From: Bdellovibrionota bacterium
GTDB lineage: Bacteria > Bdellovibrionota_C > UBA2361 > OMII01
DNA: 59,822 nucleotides
Assembly: GCA_044360225.1 (NCBI GenBank)
Contig: JBIKKR010000002.1
Location: 1 to 59,822 of the forward strand
Direction of reading: 5' to 3'
The notes below the pieces were generated by a model, which worked only from the letters and a program-made list of their open reading frames with translations, was not told the DNA's origin and ran no database searches. A program made the position numbers and the translations under genes. Below, in pieces: positions 9,201 to 16,361 of the stretch; the first letter of the stretch is position 1, and every line of letters starts with the position of its first letter.

Positions 9201-10979
9201 GAGGCATTTCAGGAGCGACTTCGTCTGTTTTCACTCCCTCGCTCTCAGTGGTCCGACTTTAATCCAGCTGTCATCTCGAAGGGTGGCGGCGTCTTTGAAC
9301 GTTTTGCGAAGGAGATTGGGCTTACGCGTGAGATGCGTCAGGCCTTCGGCATCAGCGACGATGTGCCAGCGACCGTGGATGGCGAAACACTGATCTCTCT
9401 GATCCTCAAAGCTCCAGTCACTCTACTGTGGAACGGCGGCATAGGCACCTACGTTAAGGCGCGTTCTGAGTCTCACAGCGATGTCAACGACGGCGCGAAT
9501 GATGCTGTTCGCGTCAATGCTGATGAGCTGCGGTGCCGTATTATTGGGGAAGGTGGAAACGTTGGCTTTACCCAGCGAGCGCGTATCCAGTGCGCTCAGC
9601 AAGGGATCAAACTCAATACCGATGCGATCGACAATTCAGGAGGCGTCGACCTCTCTGACCACGAAGTGAATTTGAAGCTCCTGCTCTCACCGCTGTGTGC
9701 TGCGGGAACGATCACTGAAGCCGATCGTAACACGCTACTGAAGGAGATCGCTCCTGATGTTGTGGAGTCGGTGCTCCAGCACAATAGAGACCAAGGGTTA
9801 CTGCTCACGGTTGCTGAGAGCGCTTCCGTTCACACGATCGAGCACTATCGTGCGCTCATACGCGAGATGCATTCGCGTGGATTCCTCGATCGCACCCGCG
9901 ACAACCTTCCTGATGAGCAGGAACTTGACCTTCGAGCCTCATCTCAGCGCGGCATGTACCGTCCTGAGCTCGCCATCTGCAGCGCTGCGGTAAAGATGTG
10001 GCTTAAAGATGGTTTGCGGTCGTCAGACCTACTCAACGATTCTCATCTTGAACAATACCTACGTGCCTATTTTCCAGCCCAAGTGCAGAGCAAGTTCCAC
10101 TCTGCAATCCTGGGCCACTCACTCCGCCGTGAAATTATCGCTAATGAGATCGTACATGAGGCAACACTTGCGGCTGGGATCTCGTTTCTCCCAATGATCG
10201 CACACTCCACCGGAGCTTCGGTTCCCCAAGCGATGAAGTGTCTGTTGGCAGCTGACATCATCCTTGGTGCCCGAGGCCTGCGATCGCACCTCCGCACGCT
10301 TGATACCGTCCAGGGCTGCCCGGCATTTATCGAAAGCTGGATTGATCTATCGACGGCGCTGCGGCACGCCACTTCGTGGCTCATGCAGAGCCATCCGAGT
10401 AGCTCGATTGAAGAACTCGTCCAGCTCTACGGCGACAGTTTCTCAACACTAGTCCCTCACGCACGAGCGCTGTTTAGCGCCGACGAGCTCACCCGTTTTG
10501 AGAAACGAGTAGCAGAGTACCAGGCAAGCGGACTACCCGAGAGCGATGCGGTTATTCTAGGACTTCTCCGTAGAGTTCACGTTGCGCTCGAAACCCTCTG
10601 GTGCGCCCGTGAGTACCGACACAACGTCAAGGATGTTGCTGCCACACTCGCGCAAGTCCTCGACGGCATGGAGCTACAGCCCCTCTTTAAGTTTGAGCAG
10701 GCACTCCAGGCCGGCAACAAGTGGGAGCAAGAGCTCGCAGAGGGTTCATTTCAGGAGATTCGGCGGGAACTTTCGCGCATTACGGGCAAGCTGCTCTCGC
10801 GCTCACTTGCGTCGAGTAGAGAGATTAGCGCGACTCTTGCCAAGCATAAACAACACCAGGCAATCCGAGACATCATGTCGGAAATCAACGATGGCATGCG
10901 CACCAAACGACCATTCTCAATTTCAGTGCTGCCGCTGATTGCACGGCACCTACGAGAATTGGCGTTGTTTACGGTGTAG
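6252..10979 (+). CDS. gdhB: Large (~180 kDa class) NAD-specific glutamate dehydrogenase
   Basis: The ORF is open from TTG 6177. I prefer ATG 6252 by alignment to the N-termini of this family as I remember them. Catalytic-core motifs present: ARGGIRWS, PSGAKGGF, VVAADKGTA, GGSQGYDHKKYGITARG, GDMSGDVFGN, EGGNVGFTQ, DAIDNSGGV. Confidence 0.85.
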   Translation: MSPALFPLGFSKSIAANLTPELTNLVAAISLPGSTTPADRVSAFLDRLFYRSPPEVMRRKTEEQVRHIALGCFEALAQQLTNTDRIAVSMKDMGDTTGIFIALRDHPFIISSLAERFYEAGIPLNCFQHPILSVHGTNIALSYIEVGQNTQCDIGALIPELRETLKTLVTIVGDHEQMLANTRGAAGSLDGSVATEWGTLSQQEVRSFLDWLADGSFFFIGVSSWNSEHTLNHGCGVWSTGGAFRDTLSNELLVDLQRMQTSKLSFSISKLQLRSPIHRNVPLLNVLVKPRAHSSDWISIVGYLTSKAWAYEAFDIPIVRTKLHQLLATERTPPNSHDYKYVIEVIDNMPTDEALRMPIRDLQTIAQLALGVFSREDSRSVTCIDTLQRWALTTIVVPPERYSASMSDDVQLLIESCFGVRTGSSDIHLDSSKKRQLRLYISTPLPQAPLASLPDLEDLGKALQRATLSWKELLDEKLSDDDGTLQALPLMFPEGYQASVSVAEAAHDYHLATSVSTNQPLTASMFSEPESSKPAQLSFISLNSSISLSTAVPVLENIGLEVLDANSYVLGRSLDQIHILKCAVRAFDGQPLDIAAFNTSVAPGLVRILRGTAMSDPLNLLLRTKGLSIDQIALLRCYCAFLWQTYKIATKRTMWKALAYSPNVAATFVRYFETAFDPALQLSLAERKERCLQIEQEYQIALRSVRDVTHDRILKALLVLAKNTVRTNVYQATDTIALKVHAERVEFLPHPRPLYEIFVYSSRIEGTHLRSSKVARGGIRWSERLDDYRSEVLGLVKTQRVKNVIIVPSGAKGGFIVKNAPTSGEGMGAAVEGAYREYITALLSIADNLVANQPVQPPHCVIHDDFDPYFVVAADKGTATFSDTANSIATGTYSFWLGDAFASGGSQGYDHKKYGITARGGMECVQRHARDSGISTDEPFTTVGIGDMSGDVFGNAMILTSNMLLLGAFNHKHIFVDPNPLQKEAFQERLRLFSLPRSQWSDFNPAVISKGGGVFERFAKEIGLTREMRQAFGISDDVPATVDGETLISLILKAPVTLLWNGGIGTYVKARSESHSDVNDGANDAVRVNADELRCRIIGEGGNVGFTQRARIQCAQQGIKLNTDAIDNSGGVDLSDHEVNLKLLLSPLCAAGTITEADRNTLLKEIAPDVVESVLQHNRDQGLLLTVAESASVHTIEHYRALIREMHSRGFLDRTRDNLPDEQELDLRASSQRGMYRPELAICSAAVKMWLKDGLRSSDLLNDSHLEQYLRAYFPAQVQSKFHSAILGHSLRREIIANEIVHEATLAAGISFLPMIAHSTGASVPQAMKCLLAADIILGARGLRSHLRTLDTVQGCPAFIESWIDLSTALRHATSWLMQSHPSSSIEELVQLYGDSFSTLVPHARALFSADELTRFEKRVAEYQASGLPESDAVILGLLRRVHVALETLWCAREYRHNVKDVAATLAQVLDGMELQPLFKFEQALQAGNKWEQELAEGSFQEIRRELSRITGKLLSRSLASSREISATLAKHKQHQAIRDIMSEINDGMRTKRPFSISVLPLIARHLRELALFTV

Positions 10980-10981
10980 AA

Positions 10982-13618
10982 CTAGTGCCTTGCCGCTGGA
11001 TCTGATTCAGCTTGATCGATTATACCTCGCAGCTCAAGTGCATGCTCGTGCTGTGGCTCGAATATGAGAATTTTCTCGATCTCAAGCCGCGCCTCGTTCA
11101 CCTTGCCTTGTGCAAACAGGACCCCAGCAAACGAGTAGAGCATATCCAAACTCGCTGGATGAAGATCGAGATATGCGGTCAGCATTCTCTCCATCTCCGT
11201 GTAACGCTTGAGCGGGTATCCGGTCTGAAGCAATCCGAGTAGCGCCCGGTGATTTTCGGGGTTCTTCTCTGTCGCTGCCTGAAAGAATCTAAACGCCTTC
11301 TCCGCGTTATTCTCGGTCATCATACAGAGACCCATACCGGCGTACGCCACATCACACTCACTATCGATAGCGACTGCCTGAGTAAAGTACTGCTCTGCGA
11401 GCTTCCACTGTTGAGCTTCCGCAGCAAGCGCACCCTTGCCACACAGTGCGCGTGCGCATCTCGGATTAGACTCAAGAATCTCATCGTACTTCGCATCTGC
11501 TGCTCGGAGATCCCCGCCCATAACGGTAAACTCAGCCTCGAGACAATCTACTATCTCTCGGTACGGCCGCTCCAACTCGCCCCTGCTCACCAGCTTCGTC
11601 AGCTCCTCAATCGCCGCTGAAAACTCACCCGAGCGCTTGAGATCCTCTACGCGGCCGATAGCTTGTGCGACGTCTTCATCATTCAACACCTCGGCGGTCT
11701 GAATCGGCGGCTCAGCTACCGGAGCTGCCGCTGGGGAGTCCATCCGCGACTCAACTTTCCATGATCGCACCCGCTCCGAGAGCTCCGAGAGAGATGCGCG
11801 CAGCGTGGTACCAGAAACTCGTGGTACGATCTGCGAAGTTGGAGCGACTGGGCAAGTTGCTGCACTACTGCAACCATCAGCGATTACCTGTCGGAGCTCA
11901 CGCGCCCCTTGATGATCTGGGTGCGTCTGGCTGATGACATCAAGCTCCCACTGGGCCGCCTCTATCTGGCCATTTTTGAACAGACACCCCGCAAGGCAGA
12001 AGCGGATATCCACATCTGTTGGCTTTACTTGTAGATACCGGGTCAGCACCCTCAGAGCCTTCCCAAATTCTCCAAGGCCGTATGCGCACTCCAAGAGCTG
12101 GTAGAGCGCAACGAGGTAATCGGGTTCGATCTCGAGAGCACGCTCGAAGAAGACCATTGCCTTATCGGGATGGCTCTGGAGTAGATCACACATCCCACGC
12201 CCTGCAAGCAGCTTTGGTTCCTTCGGATCTACTGCGAGTGCTCGATCAAAGAAGCTCATCGCTTCAACCGGCTTCATCTGGGCCAAGAGTACCGCTCCAC
12301 GGGCTTTGAGAACTCGAGGCGACTGAGGGTCGAGCCGCTCCGCCTCTGCTAAGTAAGTATCGGCTGTCTCAAAGTCCGCACTTTTTGCTGCGTTTTCACC
12401 ACGCTCGACGATCTCTGTAAAGTTGGGCGTTTCGTTGTTCATACTGTACTCTCCGTTCTTCACAGGTGCCTGATTACGGTGCTCTGTGACGATTTTAGAC
12501 ACGGCTACTGGTTCCCTCTGGATCACCACTTCCCTGTATGCCTCTTCCGTTTTTTCTACTGCTCTAGCCCACGAATACGACTGGGCCATCTCGACTACAC
12601 CTTCGCGCACCGGGCTGTAGTATGCTGCCGTCACTGCGGATACAATTGAGTCGCTATCCCATGGCAAGCAGTAAAAGGCCTTATCGCCAACATAGTCAGC
12701 GGTCGTCCCGGTTCTCGTAACAACGATATTTTTGTTGCGGGCTGCAGCCTCAAGTGAGACAAGCCCCGGCAGCTCATACCAGCTTGGCAGAACGTGCATC
12801 CTGCAGGCTGCATACGCAGACGACAGCATCTGGGGATCAACCAACCCAAGAATAATCGTCTTTCCACGACGTTTGAAGGACCGAATCGCAGCTTCGTAAT
12901 CCGGCTGATATGAGAACCCTCCTGCGGCAAACACAACCGTTAACGGCGAGTCCTCCAGAGCCTTCAAAAGCATCAGTTGGTTTTTACGTGACTCTAGACG
13001 ACCTACACAGAGAACAAAATCACGTTCGCCATACACCTGCTCAAAGAGCTCTGGGCCACACAACGCGCCTACCTCGCTTCCAACGGGAACCGTTGCGATA
13101 CGCTGCGCGTACGGGAAATCTCTAGTAAGCGCAGCGGCCTCTCCTGCGCCGTTTGGCATAAGCACTGCCGCATTTCTGGCTATGTCATCGGCTGGAAAGC
13201 GTGGCGATGGTTCAATCGCACGTAGCTGCTGATGCGTTACTCCGTAGGACCCCGGTCGCTGACCTCCTCTCACGTACTCGATCAAACTGCCAGCTACGAG
13301 GTGCGACTGCCTGTGGAACTGCGGAAGGTCTTCGTACAGAGTTGTGACGACATACGGCACACCAGCCGCGATGGTACGGTTGGCGTACTGCTTCGTCAGA
13401 TCGGTTGTCGCGAAATTGAAGAGGTGTACTAGATCGAAAGATGAGAGATCGGCACTCCCCTGTAGATCAATCGTTACGTGGTGGCCACGTTGAGAGAGCC
13501 CCTCGCTGAGGCGCTCAAGCACGATCGTGTCACCACCTCTATGTACAAACACGTTTGGGCGGGTCTGCATAAGAACCCGATACCGTGGTGCACTTTGTCT
13601 TCGACTCTCCGTTGTCAC
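10982..13618 (-). CDS. Glycosyltransferase (GT-B, family 1/4-like) fused to a long C-terminal TPR array
   Basis: 878-aa ORF with a GTG start at 13618. The N-terminal ~380 aa form a GT domain with the motif SWYELPGLVSLEAAARNK. The C-terminal ~480 aa consist of repeated TPR-like helices. Its stop lies 2 nt from the convergent GDH stop. Confidence 0.75.
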   Translation of the reverse strand: MTTESRRQSAPRYRVLMQTRPNVFVHRGGDTIVLERLSEGLSQRGHHVTIDLQGSADLSSFDLVHLFNFATTDLTKQYANRTIAAGVPYVVTTLYEDLPQFHRQSHLVAGSLIEYVRGGQRPGSYGVTHQQLRAIEPSPRFPADDIARNAAVLMPNGAGEAAALTRDFPYAQRIATVPVGSEVGALCGPELFEQVYGERDFVLCVGRLESRKNQLMLLKALEDSPLTVVFAAGGFSYQPDYEAAIRSFKRRGKTIILGLVDPQMLSSAYAACRMHVLPSWYELPGLVSLEAAARNKNIVVTRTGTTADYVGDKAFYCLPWDSDSIVSAVTAAYYSPVREGVVEMAQSYSWARAVEKTEEAYREVVIQREPVAVSKIVTEHRNQAPVKNGEYSMNNETPNFTEIVERGENAAKSADFETADTYLAEAERLDPQSPRVLKARGAVLLAQMKPVEAMSFFDRALAVDPKEPKLLAGRGMCDLLQSHPDKAMVFFERALEIEPDYLVALYQLLECAYGLGEFGKALRVLTRYLQVKPTDVDIRFCLAGCLFKNGQIEAAQWELDVISQTHPDHQGARELRQVIADGCSSAATCPVAPTSQIVPRVSGTTLRASLSELSERVRSWKVESRMDSPAAAPVAEPPIQTAEVLNDEDVAQAIGRVEDLKRSGEFSAAIEELTKLVSRGELERPYREIVDCLEAEFTVMGGDLRAADAKYDEILESNPRCARALCGKGALAAEAQQWKLAEQYFTQAVAIDSECDVAYAGMGLCMMTENNAEKAFRFFQAATEKNPENHRALLGLLQTGYPLKRYTEMERMLTAYLDLHPASLDMLYSFAGVLFAQGKVNEARLEIEKILIFEPQHEHALELRGIIDQAESDPAARH

Positions 13619-13921
13619 TTACACCTTCCTCTATAAGCACATCGTTCGCTTCGTGCGCGACCCCTACGCCCTCAATGTGCCACTCCTCGGCAACAACATA
13701 GGGTCGGGGGTAGAGGTTAGGATGCAGCCATTTGGGATTGGTTCCAGAAAAGATTCAGCCCTGCGTTTTATGACGCAACACATCGTGCGCCCCAGAAAGA
13801 AGAAAAGGCGCATCGCGAAATAGAGTGGTTGCACACGAGCCGCTGCAGGCGGTAACCCCTTAATGTTCCAGGTAAAACTTATTTTTTTCGTGCACGTTTC
13901 TAGTTAATTGTACCCAACCGA

Positions 13922-14003
13922 GTGAGCACCGAAAATTCAAAAGCCAATTTGATTTTGGGCAGATGCGCCGTTTTTAGACCCGCAACTGCTGAATCTAGGT
14001 TTA
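13922..14003 (+). repeat. Family-2 repeat, solo right arm (copy 1)
   Basis: GTGAGCACCGAAAATTCAAAAGCCAATTTGATTTTGGGCAGATGCGCCGTTTTTAGACCCGCAACTGCTGAATCTAGG aligns with 30330-30412 and 31270-31339. It abuts the stop of the 202-aa ORF. Confidence 0.75.
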
Positions 14004-14004
14004 A

Positions 14005-14613
14005 TTATTGTGGTGCTTCGACCTGAATATCCCGTGCTACTCTGCGACACGCATCCTCAAGCTTATCAAGCTTGGGCTCAAGCTCCTTCTCTAAGCTCTC
14101 TCCGAGCGCCCACCACGACTGGTAGAGCTGTTGCTGGCAGATCTTTTTACACGTCTCTGATATCTCAGTCACTTGGGGTGAAATATCGAGTTTTCCGCGC
14201 TTTGTCTCCGATACCAACTGCGTGAGCGTCCCATACCAGTCAAAGAATGCCCTCAAGGTCTCCACAGCTACCTTTAGACGCTTATTGCCGGTAATCGTAT
14301 CGCCATCCTGGAACCCCTTACGCGCATCTCGAAACTCGAAGAAGCATGAACGCACAACGCGCGAAGCATCCTGGAGCTTTTCACTCACGTACATCTCTGG
14401 GTGTCCCGTGAGAATTTCAAGAGTATCTCCTTGGAGCTGTGAAACGGTGCCACTCCATTCCTCGTCGGTTAGATCACGTCCATCTATGGTGAGCGCTGTT
14501 ATCATATGCTCAGGGTCGATCTGAGCTTTTATGAGCTCAAGGAGGTCAGCAAACTGAGTCACATTCGCCAAAGAAAGTTCAACGTATCCACCGTTTATCG
14601 TAACTCGCATCAT
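14005..14613 (-). CDS. Hypothetical protein: N-terminal ThiS/MoaD-like beta-grasp pattern plus a helical C-terminal domain
   Basis: 202-aa ORF with a tandem ATG start. The first ~70 aa (RVTINGGYVELS..LLELI..ITALTIDGRDLTDEEW..LQGDTLEILTG) follow the ThiS-like pattern. I do not recognise the rest. Confidence 0.6.
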   Translation of the reverse strand: MMRVTINGGYVELSLANVTQFADLLELIKAQIDPEHMITALTIDGRDLTDEEWSGTVSQLQGDTLEILTGHPEMYVSEKLQDASRVVRSCFFEFRDARKGFQDGDTITGNKRLKVAVETLRAFFDWYGTLTQLVSETKRGKLDISPQVTEISETCKKICQQQLYQSWWALGESLEKELEPKLDKLEDACRRVARDIQVEAPQ

Positions 14614-14702
14614 AGCGACCCTCGCAAAGTACCCTTCCCCACACCTGAGTGGCCACAGTATTGGCCGACTACAACCTTACAACCTCTCGTTCTTGCTTCG
14701 CC

Positions 14703-16358
14703 TCAACTCTCTCGGTAAAAATCGCTAAATTTCTGACAGCGCCTACCGAGATCGCCGTATATGCTGTCCATTTGAGATGCAAGAGAGAGAGGATCGGATC
14801 CAGTTAAGTTCTCCTTGGCAAACAAAAACATCTTTGCAAGCGAGCCTATCGGACCGTAGTGAAAGCCGAGCTCTTCGACGGTTCGATCTAATTCAGCGAT
14901 CTCAACGTTAATTCTCTGGAGCGCTGACCCGGGGGCTCGAATATCCACAATGAGCTGCCTAAGGCGCTCCATAAGCTGTTGGCCCTTCTGTGCACAGCCA
15001 GCAATCTCCTGGAGACCCTCCACGCCGGGATCAATCACACCGAGCCTTGCGCTCTTTGTTTGCTGCTTTGGTGCACGTTCCACCTCAAAACCTCCAAGGT
15101 CGTCTAGCCACAATTTCCGGTACGCTCTTCTGTATCGAGCGAATGCATCACCACCTGGAGCATTGATCGACTGCATGTCACAGAAGCCGTGTTGATCAAA
15201 CACCGTCCGGTACACCATGACGTGGCGTGGATCAGCTTGCTCGCGAGATAGGTGCGTTACCTCACCAGCTGCTCGCGCGATCGCAAGGTCTGCCATAAGA
15301 CGTGGCGATATCGTTTCATGACAATCCGGGCGGCTGCAAGGCTTATTCGGGTTGCACGGGCCGCACCCGATTACGGGCTGCAAAACGATATTGCCAGCAC
15401 TGTAGGGCCCGGTCTCAAATCCATATGCTGAGGCTAAGAACATCGCCACAACCGGTGTGCCCGCCGCTACCGAGACGTGCATCGGCCCTGTATCTCCTGT
15501 CACGAGCACCTTACACTCCTTGAGGAGCGCTGCAAGCTGCGGAATCGATGTCTTACCGACCGCAGAAAATACGTTGAGCGACTGACAGCCATCGAGTATC
15601 GGCTGAACGATTGAGATCTCTTTCGGGGCCCCGGTGAGAATGATTCGGGCGTTATATTCCTTATCGAGGATCTTCACCATCTCGACAAAGAGCGTCGGTG
15701 ACCACTGACGCTTCGCCTGACTAGCACCCGCCTGCACCGCTATGAGCGGCCCCGTGTTCGTGAAGCCCGCATTACGGATCATCTCCTCCGCGTACCGTTG
15801 TGCACTCGGCTCAATGTTTACCAAGAGCTTCTCCGGGTGATCCTCTACATCTGCTGAGCAGCGGAACATATCAACCAGATTGAGCGAATTATACTGACGA
15901 TTCTGGTAGTGCACAGACGTAGCAAAAAGGCGGGCCCACTCAGACTCAATCATCCGGTACCCCTCCTCATCTGCCGTCCAGCCCCCCGTGCGTGGCACCT
16001 GCAGTAGGCGTAGCAGCAGCGCAGTATACGCCGAAGAGGACATATTGAGGCAGTAGTCAAACTTTTCGGCACGGAGTTCATCAACGAACTCAGAAACATA
16101 CTGGTATGCATCGATCACCCCTACCTGTTCGGCAGCCAAAGAGCGACATGTAAAAGCCAGATCGATGGTCACTACTTCATCGATATTCGGAAGGATGTGG
16201 CATATATCTGCAAACTGCTTCTCTACGAGTACTGTTGTGTGACAATCCGGATTTTCCCGCTTAATTCCAGCGATAGTTGGCGTCGCCTGGAGCATATCCC
16301 CAAGTCGCGTGATGTTTACCAAGAGAACCTTGTTTTTATACGGATGTCGCTTCTTCAT
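14703..16358 (-). CDS. Glycosyltransferase family 9 (heptosyltransferase-like) with ~200-aa C-terminal extension
   Basis: 551-aa ORF with an ATG start 3 nt after the upstream stop. GT9 hallmarks are present: VLLVNITRLGDMLQATP and VTGDTGPMHVSVAAGTPVVAMF. The C-terminal 200 aa are helical and I do not recognise them. Confidence 0.7.
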   Translation of the reverse strand: MKKRHPYKNKVLLVNITRLGDMLQATPTIAGIKRENPDCHTTVLVEKQFADICHILPNIDEVVTIDLAFTCRSLAAEQVGVIDAYQYVSEFVDELRAEKFDYCLNMSSSAYTALLLRLLQVPRTGGWTADEEGYRMIESEWARLFATSVHYQNRQYNSLNLVDMFRCSADVEDHPEKLLVNIEPSAQRYAEEMIRNAGFTNTGPLIAVQAGASQAKRQWSPTLFVEMVKILDKEYNARIILTGAPKEISIVQPILDGCQSLNVFSAVGKTSIPQLAALLKECKVLVTGDTGPMHVSVAAGTPVVAMFLASAYGFETGPYSAGNIVLQPVIGCGPCNPNKPCSRPDCHETISPRLMADLAIARAAGEVTHLSREQADPRHVMVYRTVFDQHGFCDMQSINAPGGDAFARYRRAYRKLWLDDLGGFEVERAPKQQTKSARLGVIDPGVEGLQEIAGCAQKGQQLMERLRQLIVDIRAPGSALQRINVEIAELDRTVEELGFHYGPIGSLAKMFLFAKENLTGSDPLSLASQMDSIYGDLGRRCQKFSDFYRES

Positions 16359-16361
16359 CGT

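Noticed and set aside
10977-10984. Convergent gdh and GT4-TPR stop codons only 2 nt apart
   Set aside because: It is noted as unusual because there is no room for terminators. It is a trivial consequence of gene packing, and no structure or motif is present.
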